From Eledone cirrhosa (lineage: Eukaryota): a stretch of DNA of 64,000 nucleotides. Both the position numbers and the translations under genes were made by a program. The stretch lies in the NCBI GenBank assembly GCA_964016885.1, contig OZ024743.1, forward strand, positions 190,030,001-190,094,000. The letters run 5' to 3'. Shown here piece after piece: positions 11,698 to 22,340 of the stretch (its first letter is position 1; each line of letters starts with the position of its first letter). A model generated the notes under the pieces. The model worked only from the letters and a program-made list of their open reading frames with translations, was not told the DNA's origin and did no database searches.

Positions 11698-11966
11698 TGT
11701 GGTTAGAAAAAGCTATCTCCCTTACCGCTTTTCATAGGCGCTGCTAAATCCCATGGCTGGTTTCTCCTCTTCCACATGCGTCCAACTCGTTAATACCCGG
11801 GAGCTGCCAAACTTGCATCCACCACGTTTCTGATCACCACTAGAGAGAGACCGATCTGCTGGCCCTTCCGGTCGAGCAACTTCCGGCCAAGCACCCTTCC
11901 GGTCATGCACTCTTCCGGTCGAGCACTCCCCAGCTTCTGGCCGCCGCACACCACACCATACCCACA
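11698..11966 (-). repeat. 5' LTR
   Basis: Direct repeat of 7773-8042. Confidence 0.95.
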
Positions 11967-13330
11967 GTTTATAATGAGCTAGTATTGGTATTATGGTAGA
12001 AAATAGTTTTTGACTAGGTTTGTGAAATATTTGTTATTGTATTAGGTATTGTTAGCTGTAGGGTGTATGTTGGCCTGTATCATCTAACTCTCCTTTTTTT
12101 GTTCTTTGAGGTGATGTATATATATGCTGTTCTTTGAAAATTAATAATCTAAGAGCATTGTGGTAAGTATGTGTGTATGTATTGAGAGATTGCTTTAGTA
12201 CATTAATTCTTTAAGAGACTGCGTGAGATAGCTTGGATTAGGTGTTTAGAAAAGGAGTGGTTGGCTGGGTGATATGCATATCTATTGTGTATTTTATGTG
12301 GTTAATATGTGGAGTTACTGATGCTTAGGGCGACTTTTAATAAATCCAGAAATTTGTTTCAATATTTCTGAAAATGTTCAAGGTGTTCTTTCATTAGATA
12401 TTTGAATTCTTTCTTGAACTAGTCTATTTCATGAAATTGTGTCCTTCATAATGATGAGATCATGGAGAAGACCCTGATCCTTGTAAAAGCCTTCTTTGTT
12501 GAATGCAAATGTAGTGTTTATTACATGTAATAAAATAGGTCATCCAGATTATTTTATTCTGTACAGTAATATATTCCCAAATGCAGAGAAAAGCATTTTG
12601 GTTGAGTTTTTCTTAATACATTATCTCCCGTTATATATTAAAATTTTATCAAGAATATATATTATAGAGACTGTGTTTGATGTCTTGATTTAGTACAGAT
12701 TTGAAATATCCTTAGGATCATTAATACCTGTAATTTCCATATAGACCTTACCTGATCACATTCTGTAAAAGGTCACATATTTGCTCACCACAACCATAAT
12801 ATTGGACAATTGTGATAAAATTCTCATAGGAAATTCTATGCAAATATCTTTAGTTGCAATTCTGTTGTTTCTGTGACCCATGTATTTCTGGCATTGGCCT
12901 GTAAGCAGTTGTGCAGTTCACCCAATCCACCAGCCTCTTTGTATGATGGTTGAAAAAGCCAATCACAAATTTCCAATCAGTAAAGAACTCCCTCTTTTCA
13001 TTTGAAACTTGTTTGAGCTAGGAGGCGCAGTTCTGTGATATAATTCCCATACTAAAGTTCAATTGATAATTGTATTGCACTTTAATTTGTTGTTGATTTT
13101 ACTGATATCTATTTACATGTGCATTTTTCATTTACATAATGTTTTTCATTATAAGAACAATTTACATTTATACAATATATTGAATAACTCTATTCTCCTT
13201 TTCTGTATATCAAAATGGCCACTTTACAGAGGGCTGTAGAATTACACCTTTTTCTGTTAATTAAGATTTGGAACTTCTCTAAATGTTTACAGATTCTGCT
13301 ATGAGAGGGTTGCCATATAGCCCCAGTATT
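11967..13330 (-). pseudogene. Highly decayed LINE (possible AP-endonuclease region)
   Basis: Minus-strand fragments such as CKVAILI (cf. GGVAILI) and NARNTWG (cf. DFNA....WG). Many stops; weak evidence. Confidence 0.3.
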
Positions 13331-13474
13331 GGGGACAAGCCAGCTTAATGACAAGTTATATATCAAAAGAACTTGGATTAGTGCATATTGATGTATGCTT
13401 TATTCTATTAGCGTCACCGTTAACTAATTGGTGTGTGGGTTGCACTACTCTAGTCGGTAAACACCCTTTAAAAA

Positions 13475-13517
<43 letters not shown>

Positions 13518-13552
13518 TGTGTGTATGTTTATATATATATATATATAGTAAT

Positions 13553-13735
13553 AATAATAAATTTGAAGACTAAAATCCAAAGAGGGCTCGATAAGGATAA
13601 ATATATATCAGATATATAAGAACCGTAGAGCAAATATTTATTAAAATAACAGATTAAAGTTTAAGCAAAGAATCGCTGCTTTCACCAGTGAAACCAGCGA
13701 TTCTTTGCTTAAACTTTAATCTGTTATTTTAATAA

Positions 13736-13740
<5 letters not shown>
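13553..13740. mobile_element. Short fold-back fragment of the 3631-4930 family
   Basis: Reverse complement of ~4790-4930, plus a ~50-bp-arm hairpin centred near 13687. Flanked by (TA)n on both sides. Confidence 0.8.
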
Positions 13741-13758
<18 letters not shown>

Positions 13759-13766
<8 letters not shown>

Positions 13767-14127
13767 TACAAATATTAATAAAATAGATGTTCTTTTGATC
13801 AATTAAATTTTATAATACATATTTCCGAGGTACAATAGTACATCCTCATCAGACAAAATATAATGATACATGACATACCCTTAATACATGACATACCATT
13901 TAACATCTCAGGGTATGTCATGTATCATTATATTTTGTCTGATGAGGATGTACTGTTGTACCTCCGAAATATGTATAATAAAATTTAATTGATCAAAAGA
14001 ACATCTATTTTATTAATATTTGTATTTTAATATTAATAACTCTGGAAAATTATTTTGTGTAGAGTGCTTCCAATCTACTGTAAAACTCATTCTTTGATAT
14101 ACTCATTGAATCTTGTTTAACTCTTTA

Positions 14128-14130
<3 letters not shown>
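13759..14130 (+). mobile_element. PLE pseudo-LTR remnant with ~120-bp inverted arms
   Basis: 13759-13881 is inverted against 13910-14032. Both arms contain a hammerhead motif. Flanked by (TA)n. Confidence 0.8.
13932..13984 (+). ncRNA. Minimal type-I hammerhead ribozyme
   Basis: Stem I ATTTTGT/ATAAAAT; CTGATGA 13939-13945; stem II GGA-t-GTAC-tgtt-GTAC-c-TCC; GAAA 13966-13969; self-complementary ATATGTAT; ATA cleavage triplet 13975-13977. The inverted copy at 13807-13859 has a mismatched stem II base. Confidence 0.82.
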
Positions 14131-14174
<44 letters not shown>

Positions 14175-14177
<3 letters not shown>

Positions 14178-16776
14178 CCAGAAATAAATTTCAAAGCATA
14201 TTACTTGATGCTTTCGACAGTAAGGAAGAGCATCTAGAATCGCACAATATAGAGGGACAGTGGAAATTTCTGAAAGCAAACCTGCTGTTGGCGACAGACG
14301 AGGTCTGTGGCTGGAGCAGGCCTGTAGGCAGGAGGAGAGTAACATGGTGGTGGAACAATAGGGTGGAGGGGTCAATTAAGGCCAAAAAGCAGGCTTGGAA
14401 AGTATGGCGGGATGGGGGAAGTAGAGTAGACTATCAAGTGGCCAGGAGGGAAGCTAGGAGAGAAGTGTACTTAGCAAGAAGGGAAGCTGAGGAAAGAAAG
14501 TTCAAGCATGTTCTACAACGCGATGACCAAAAACGTGAGGTGTTCAGGATTGCCAGGCAATGCGTCAAGGAAAACCGTGATATTGTCGGGGAGAAGTGTG
14601 TACTTAACGATGATGGCATACTTGCCATCACCGACACTGATAAGAAGGTAGCTTGGAAGTGTCACTATGAAAGGCTACTAAATGAGGAGAATAAATGGGA
14701 GAAAGACAGTCTCCCCCATATCGACCCGATAGAGGGACCAGCAGTGTTAGTCGAGGGGAGTATAATAAGTAAGGCAATCAAGGATATGAAGACTGGTAAG
14801 GCGGCTGGGCCTTCGGAAATAGTTGCTGAGATGCTGAAGGCATCTGGCACGGCGGGACACACCATGGTCACCCGCATAGTTAACCAAGTCGTACAGAATG
14901 GGGTTGTTCCGAAGGACTGGCATAGCAGCATCATCGTTAACTGTTATAAGGGTAAAGGAGACGCCCTAGATAGGAGTAACTATAGAGGCATTAAATTAAT
15001 CGACCAGGTCATGAAGGTCACGGAAAAAGTAATAGCGCAACTAATCAGAGAGAGAATTGATCTAGATGAAATGCAGTTCGGGTTTGTGTCAGGCAAAAGC
15101 ACCACAGACGCTCTTTTCATAGTACGACAACTACAGGAGAAGTACCTAGCTAAAGGTAAACCCCTCTACTTAGCTTTTGTCGACCTGGAGAAAGCCTTCG
15201 ACAGAGTCCCCCGCTCCATTATCTGGTGGGCTCTTAGAAAACTAGGCGTTGACGAATGGCTTGTGAGGGCTATACAAGCCATGTATAAAGAAACAGTCAG
15301 CAAGGTTAGAATTAACAACGAATATAGTGAAGAGTTTAGCGTAAAAGTTGGCGTCCATCAGGGCTCTGTTCTCAGCCCCCTACTATTTATTATTGCCCTT
15401 CAGGCTATAACAGAGGAGTTCAAGACAGGCTGCCCATGGGAACTCCTATACGCAGACGACCTGACACTCATAGCGGAATCAATGGCCGAGCTAGAGAAGA
15501 AATTCCAAACATGGAAGCACGGCCTAGAGTCAAAAGGACTTAAAATTAACCTGGCTAAGACCAAAGTTCTAGTTTGTAGGAAAGAAAACAAGGCGGCGGT
15601 CCCTTCTGGGAAATGGTCGTGCTCGGTATGTAGGAAAGGCGTAGGTAGAAACTCTATCTTATGTCCTAAATGCAAAGTATGGGTGCATAAAAGATGTAGT
15701 GGGATCACAGGTAAGCTAACTAAGAACATAGACTTTACATGTGGCCGGTGTTCTGGTGCAATAAGTAGCAGCAAGTGCCCACAAAATACTAGCTCTTTCA
15801 ATTGCGCAGAGGGTTCTATAGAAATAGTGGACAGCTTCCGTTACCTGGGCGATAAAATCAGCAGTGGGGGAGGGTGCTCTGAAAGTACTGTAGCTAGAGT
15901 CAGAACTGGTTGGAAAAAGTTCAGAGAGCTTATACCACTATTAGCTGCTAAAGGGTTCTCCCTAAAAATGAAAGGCAGGTTGTACGATGCCTGCATACGA
16001 ACAGCAATGTTGCATGGTAGTGAGACCTGGGCATTGTGTGCAGAGGATATACGCAGACTAGAGAGGAACGAAGCTTGCATGCTCCGCTGGATGTGTAACA
16101 GTAATATACGTGAACGGCAAAGCATAAACGAACTAAGGAAAAAATTAGAGATAAGAGGGATCAGATGTTGTTTACTCGAGAGAAGGCTGCGTTGGTATGG
16201 ACACGTGATGCGCATGAAAGTCGATAGCTGTATTACAAAGTGCAGGGCAATAAAGATAGACGGTAGCCACGGAATAGGCAGACCTAGAAAAACATGGGAT
16301 GAGCTGATAAACTCCGACCTCACACACTTACACCTCTCCAAGACAATGTCACTGGACCGTGACCTTTGGCGGTACTCAGTAACAGAGAAGACCCGCCTTG
16401 CCAGTAGGCATCTCTAACAAACTACACCCCGTCCCGCCACCACCCCCACCCCATCCACACCACCCCGTTCCATGTAAAGTTATGTTGGTGCCGCGCCATC
16501 CAGGCCGAAACAAACGAGATCGTGTAGGTGTCACGACAAAAAAACACACAGTCCACGCTGTAATGTGGCCGTGTAGGCAACACGGTAAAAACCTCCCAGA
16601 CCCACACTGTAAATGTGGTTGGTGTTAGGAAGGGCATCCAACTGTAGAAAACCTGCCAGACAGTCCTATGCGAGCAAGACAATCACTCTTGCCTCAAGTG
16701 GGACTACCCCCGTCCAAACCCATGCAAGCGTGGAACACGGACGTTAAACGTTGATGATGATGATGATGATGATGAT
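14175..16776 (+). mobile_element. 5'-truncated RTE-clade LINE
   Basis: Open RT ORF, a 3' UTR with ~45-bp repeats and TTAGGAAGGGCATCC, and a (GAT)n tail at 16752-16776. It starts directly after a (TA)n tract; the endonuclease domain is missing. Confidence 0.95.
14288..16417 (+). CDS. RTE reverse transcriptase (partial ORF, open upstream to ~14180)
   Basis: KGKGD...NYRGIKL, QFGF, FVDLEKAFDRV, GVHQGSVLSPLLF, YADD, GLKINLAKTK, FRYLG, RRLRWYGHV, GRPRKTW; no stops in 709 aa. Confidence 0.95.
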   Translation: MATDEVCGWSRPVGRRRVTWWWNNRVEGSIKAKKQAWKVWRDGGSRVDYQVARREARREVYLARREAEERKFKHVLQRDDQKREVFRIARQCVKENRDIVGEKCVLNDDGILAITDTDKKVAWKCHYERLLNEENKWEKDSLPHIDPIEGPAVLVEGSIISKAIKDMKTGKAAGPSEIVAEMLKASGTAGHTMVTRIVNQVVQNGVVPKDWHSSIIVNCYKGKGDALDRSNYRGIKLIDQVMKVTEKVIAQLIRERIDLDEMQFGFVSGKSTTDALFIVRQLQEKYLAKGKPLYLAFVDLEKAFDRVPRSIIWWALRKLGVDEWLVRAIQAMYKETVSKVRINNEYSEEFSVKVGVHQGSVLSPLLFIIALQAITEEFKTGCPWELLYADDLTLIAESMAELEKKFQTWKHGLESKGLKINLAKTKVLVCRKENKAAVPSGKWSCSVCRKGVGRNSILCPKCKVWVHKRCSGITGKLTKNIDFTCGRCSGAISSSKCPQNTSSFNCAEGSIEIVDSFRYLGDKISSGGGCSESTVARVRTGWKKFRELIPLLAAKGFSLKMKGRLYDACIRTAMLHGSETWALCAEDIRRLERNEACMLRWMCNSNIRERQSINELRKKLEIRGIRCCLLERRLRWYGHVMRMKVDSCITKCRAIKIDGSHGIGRPRKTWDELINSDLTHLHLSKTMSLDRDLWRYSVTEKTRLASRHL

Positions 16777-17719
16777 ATTTATTTATATTTTTTCTATGCA
16801 CCAATATTGAGTATTACTATGTATTCTATGAAATTCTGCTGTAAACAGCAGAATGATTTGTAACTTCAAATTAGCCACTCTTATTTGTTTACACTGACTG
16901 TTCCAAAACCATCGTAATTACTCATCATTATTTAGAAAGAAAATGAAAATGTAAATTTTAGAAAACTAAAAAAATTTAGTGAATATTGAATCAGTTAATT
17001 TTATTTAATTTTACAAACTAATTTCATCATTGAATTCTCTACAAGAAAATGCAACAAATCAAAATAATGACAATATCAACAAAACAAAGCAACAACAATG
17101 TTAACAACAACAACAACAACACCAATGTCAACAACAACGAAAACACCCAAAACAAGAACATAAACAACAACAATAATAATACTAACAGTAAATAAAGCCT
17201 CCTAAGTAAGTGTTTTTTTAATTTTATCTTCTTTCTTTGATGTCATAAATTTGTAAATAAATTACAGTACCATTAAAACATCATTGCACAATCAGTATAG
17301 TTCAGTCGACAAAACACATTTAGAATAATCAATTAATAATGGAAAAATTGAATAATCAGACACTGACTGAAATAGCTGCACCAAACACATTATACAAAAT
17401 TGATCGCAGATTCATCTCCTGTCCTTTGTAAACTTTCGACTATTCAACTTGATGTGTCAAGTGTTTTATTAGAAAAACTACATAAAAGTGTTCAAAAGTT
17501 GTTCAAATTCTGATGAAACTAAATATTTTAAAGGAAATATTATTTTACTGAGACATTTTAAATTCAGATAATTCAACCAATATAGTAAATAAGTAACTTA
17601 ATGGGCAAATACTTATTCACCAAGGCTTAGTATGCATCCCACTTTTGTTTATTATACTTCTGCAAGCAATAATAGGTGTGTTTAAGATGTACTTTTATAA
17701 GAACACCTGCATGCTTATG

Positions 17720-18470
17720 ATTTGGACTTTATAGTCAAATTCATGGAAGAGCTTGAGAAGAAATTCTAGTCGTGGAAACAGCATTTAGAATCAGAAGTCA
17801 AAAGCTTTAGTAAGTAGCAAAGAGGACAATACTAATTCTACTAGGGACATGGTCATGCATGATATGTAGAAAAGAAGTAGATATAATATAAGATATGGTT
17901 ACAGAGGAATTCTAGTGGGATTGTAAGCAGTCTAACAGCAAAGATAGACTTTACAAGTGGCAGATACACATGGGTAGTAAGAACAGCAGTGAAATAAACC
18001 TCTTCCAATCTAGGGAAGGTACTGTAGTAGTTGATAATTTTTGTTACTTAGGTGACATAATTATCAGTGGGGGATATTTCTCTGAATGCATAGTGGCTAA
18101 AATAAGAACATGCTGCAAAGCATTCAGGGAGCTACTACCTCTGTTGACAACCAAATGATCTTCTTCTCTGGGTGACAAAATTATTGTATGATTCCTACCT
18201 GCCAAGTGCAATATTACATTGAGGATTTGCAGAGGCTGGAGAGAAATGAAGTGAGCATGCTTTGTTGGATGTGTAATGTTCGTGCACATGAACTGAGAGA
18301 AGAACTGAATATAAGAAGAATCAGATGTAGTGTGAAAGACAGAAGACTGGCAAGTATGGACATGTGATGCATATGGATGACGATCATTGCATGAAGAATT
18401 GCCATAAAATGTCAGTTGAAAGAAGCAGCAACATGATCTGACTGAAGAAAACCTGCACAGATGTGAGGGA
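17720..18470 (+). mobile_element. Decayed RTE LINE fragment
   Basis: VVDNFCYLGDIIISGG...IRTCCKAFRELLPLL and GGACATGTGATGCATATG, homologous to ~15470-16300. Confidence 0.85.
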
Positions 18471-19276
18471 TTTTACTGCCATGCTAGATAGGTCGATGAG
18501 GGAGCTTCTACATTGTTATTTAATCAGTTAAATATACCAATGAAATCACTCTCAACCATCCTAAATAAGGACCTAGACTGTGTATACAACAGATATTGTA
18601 GTTCTAAATATCCATAAAAAGAGAAGATGGTGACACATGAAATGTCTTTAACCATTGATCAGAGCTGACCCAGATTTAAGCGACCACATGATAGTATATG
18701 CATCTGTGTGTTTTTATGTGACTATGTGCATTGCATTTTTGTGTAATATGTATTCTATATATATTATGTCATTGACCTAAACAGGACGAATATCAAATTA
18801 AGAAATGATTCTTATACTGAAATATTTAACCATTGCTATCTAAAATTAAGTTTCAACTATAAATGAAATTATATAATCTTCCATCATTATTATCATGACT
18901 ATCATAATCAGCATCATCATCATCAGCAGCAGCATTATCATTGTCACCATTTTCAGCAGCAACAATATCACCATTACCACTATGGATGTCTAGTTAAGGA
19001 GTCTCCTTCGCAATCACATGGTTTCTGGTTCAATCCTGCTATGGAGCACCTTTGTCAGTTTTTTTCTTTTGTCCATAGCCTTGGTTTAACCTATATATTA
19101 AGAATAAAGTTGGATATATGGAAACTGGGCAAATGCCTGTCAGACTGTGTTTTTTCTTGCATATTAAACTTAATCTGTCATTGGTTTAATACTCCTAGTT
19201 AAGCACTGGGTTTATTCAATGAAGTCAACATTGCTGCAAGCATTCATACTAGATCTGCAGTTTAACAATAACAATA

Positions 19277-20446
19277 CAAGGCTGTTCAGTTCTGTGAGGA
19301 CATCTTTCAATAGATCTAACTTTTATTTTCACTTCATCATATTATCCTTTCTTTTTGGGTAAATGATGACAGACATTAAGCTAATTCACCAAATGAGAAG
19401 GCACATTGTAATTGTTGTTTTAAAGGCAAAGCACAATATTTAGAGACTGCTTAATACCTGAAAGTATCTTGGTCATGTGTTGTCAAAGTCCACAAAGAGA
19501 TGAAAGTTGCTGATGGGAATTTGACAGCATTAGCTAAACATAAAACACCTGCTAAGTGCTCTAATACTATTTGAACACTCAAATATTTATGAAAGGTGCA
19601 GAAAATTACTGATAAGAACGCCAGAAATTCGATTAGTCCCATTGCAAAGGAGCTCAAGATTTTAAGGCACACTATTGGAAGAGTTGTCCATAAGGCCCTT
19701 CAAAACAAGTCATTTTGGATGTGGAGGAGTCAGTTCATATCTGCAAAGACAAAAGATAACCATCTGATCTGCACAAAGCACTTGTTGGGAAAGGTGAAGC
19801 ATCAAAAGCCTGGAATGCTTTAGTGTTTCTTTGATGAGAAAAATTTTGATCAGGACCAAAAAGCCAACTAAGGGAATGACAGATGGTTATGCAGACCCTA
19901 AAGATATTCCAACATTTATGCGCACAAAGTTTTAGACAGTTGTTATGGTTCCGGGCTTAAGGGTCAATGCTACAGACTATATTGAGGTGTTGGGAACGGT
20001 TGAGAGGGCTTGGATAGAGAGCATGAACAAAGGAAGATCATACACCTACTAACAAGATTATGCACCATCACATAAGGCCAAAGTAATCCAAGAATGAATG
20101 AGTTACAATGTCCACGATCATGTCACTCCAAACATATGGCCGCTTATCTCACTAGACCTGAACCCATAGGAATATTACAAATGGGGCGTTTTCAAGAGAG
20201 AAGTAAATCAATGCCTTCATAACACTATATCATCTCTGAAGTTTGCCATAACTAGCACAATGTCCAAAATCAATAAGTATCATTTGATTTTGGCATGTCA
20301 ACATTTCAGATCCTGCTTTCAAGTAATCATTGATGCTAATGGTGGATTTGATGAGTAGATGCATCAAGAAGAGCCTCTTCTTTCTTGACTTATCTGTTTT
20401 CCATTAAATTCATGTAAATGTCCTCAAAGAATTGAGCAATCCTCTG
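19277..20446 (+). mobile_element. Decayed Tc1/mariner transposon of the maT (DD37D) type
   Basis: Imperfect ~28-bp TIRs (CAAGGCTGTTCAGTTCTGTGAGGACAT / ATGTCCTCAAAGAATTGAGCAATCCTCTG). Transposase remnants FLDEKNFDQDQK, QDYAPSHKA...WPLISLDLNP*EY with 37 residues between the last two catalytic positions, ending DANGGFDE* near 20358. Confidence 0.85.
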
Positions 20447-22149
20447 TTTTAATGCCCTATTACCCACATCAGCAAAAGATGAGTCATAAAATATCCTCTC
20501 AAACTTTGTACAAACAATTTGAATAACCCACAACAAATTGAAATTTATCTTTACTATTTTAAATATTCATTCTATTTTATGCACCCATGCTGTTTAAACA
20601 TATCTCTAACATAACATTTCTATCACACTTTAATACTTCTGCATCTTATCTTTGAAACCTAATTTTCACAGATATGATCTTACGACTTCTTGCCACGTTA
20701 ACCTGGGTTTTCTGATAACCATTGCTACCATCACCTATTAAACTCTAAATGCATTATCATAGCATGTTTCACCTTCTAACTAAATTGAAACTCCTCTCCT
20801 AAGTTTCATATATTATTTATACATTTAAAGACACCTTCATATCACTTTACTGGCACCTATTTTTGTAATTGCATTTCATCTTATTTTTACTCATTTCTGC
20901 TTTTCCTATGATTATGATGCAACAAAACGTGTTTTTGCCTCATTAAATTTTGGCGCAAGAAACAATTGTAATTACTATTTGTATTAACCAAGATCTGCAA
21001 TTCTTTGTTTTGTCTTGTTGTATTTTATTTTTCCTTGTTCTTTTTCACTTTTAACTACAATCGGCACAGTAGGCAGTATTATGTAGCAGCATTTGTCTGT
21101 TAATTGTGTCCTCACTTTCATCTTTTAGCTTGGACAATCTTTAAAGTAATCTTTAGTTATTTAGTCCCACTCATTACATTTGCTAATGGTATCTTCAGCC
21201 TGAAATCAACTTCATATTAAAGGAACTTAGTCAAAGACGTGGTGCCAATTACTGTAATGTAATGATGATAATTAATAACTGTTCGTCTTTTAAGACTAAT
21301 TGAATTCCATGTACTCTATATTGATAATAGAAAAATCAAAAGAGAATTATGAATCAAAATATCAATAAAAATTAAAAAATATCAATTGCAACATAAAAAT
21401 AAGTAAAGTAAAATCTAAACAAAAGATGAAATTTACAAAACAGTTTCATGTCATTTTCACAAAATGGAGGTTTGCTGAGTACTGTTTTTTTTTTTTATAT
21501 TATCTAATCATATTTAAATAATTATTGGTTAACATGTAATACGAAATTATTTCATTTTCTCTTTAGCATTTCAAATTAATTTTCACTAAATTTTGTTTTT
21601 ACTTTTAATCATTCTTGAATAAAATATGATTTTCTTTTATGTTCCTTTAAATATGAAATATACTTTTTCTTAATATACATAAATTTAAGCCCCAGCAAGG
21701 ACTTTGTGCAGTGCATTATGAATGAATTCACTGATATTGTTGTCAGTTAATTCCTTGTTATGAAAACTAAATAACCAGTTTGCCTCAGTCTTGGTTTGTA
21801 TACTATAAATAGTTATATGCTTCTTGGGATAGAAGTGCGTATTCTTTCATTGATGAAGATCTAATATATTTAAAAGCTGGTCCGAGTGATCACAGTCTTT
21901 CTGACCACAGAAATATAAATCTGTATTGTAACTATTTTATTTACTTTTCACAATGAGAATAAGATTGTATATTTTAAATATGTAGAATACTATACATTTA
22001 TTGATTAGTTAAGCAATGAAGAAATCCATGTTAATAGTAAAAATGATTTGAAAGTCCAAATATGCACGTGAATTTCATCATATGCCATTAATTTTGATTG
22101 CATAGTAAATCTGCCTGCTTTTTTAGTATTATTTGTTGTCTTAAATATA

Positions 22150-22340
22150 AGGGCGGTGGATTGGCAGTATCGGTAGAGTGTTGGACGCCATGCTTTCTAG
22201 CATAGTTACGTCCCTTTACGATCTGAGTTCAAATCCCGCCGAGGTTGACTTTGCCTTTCATCCTTACGGGGTCGATAAAATAAAGTACCAGTAATGCACT
22301 GGGTAATTGCTGGCCTTGTGCCTAAAGTAGAAACAATTAT
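22150..22340 (+). mobile_element. tRNA-derived SINE family A, full length
   Basis: A box TGGCAGTATCGG, B box GAGTTCAAATCC, body GCCTTTCATCCTTACGGGGTCGATAAAATAAAGTACCAG. 15-bp TSD ATTATTTGTTGTCTT (22128-22142 / 22336-22350). Confidence 0.92.

Larger units (their letters stand above)
7773..11966 (-). mobile_element. Full-length Ty3/Gypsy LTR retrotransposon, inactivated by frameshifts and stops
   Basis: Two ~270-bp TG...CA LTRs (about 15 differences by eye), TSD GTTTAT at 7767-7772 and 11967-11972, a PPT, and domain order gag-PR-RT-RH-IN on the minus strand. Confidence 0.96.

Noticed and set aside
17085-17185. Asn/Gln-rich coding-like stretch
   Set aside because: Degenerate (AAC)n microsatellite without exon support.
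22150-22240. tRNA genes at SINE heads
   Set aside because: A/B boxes are present but no proper cloverleaf, and each is followed by a SINE body, tail and TSD.
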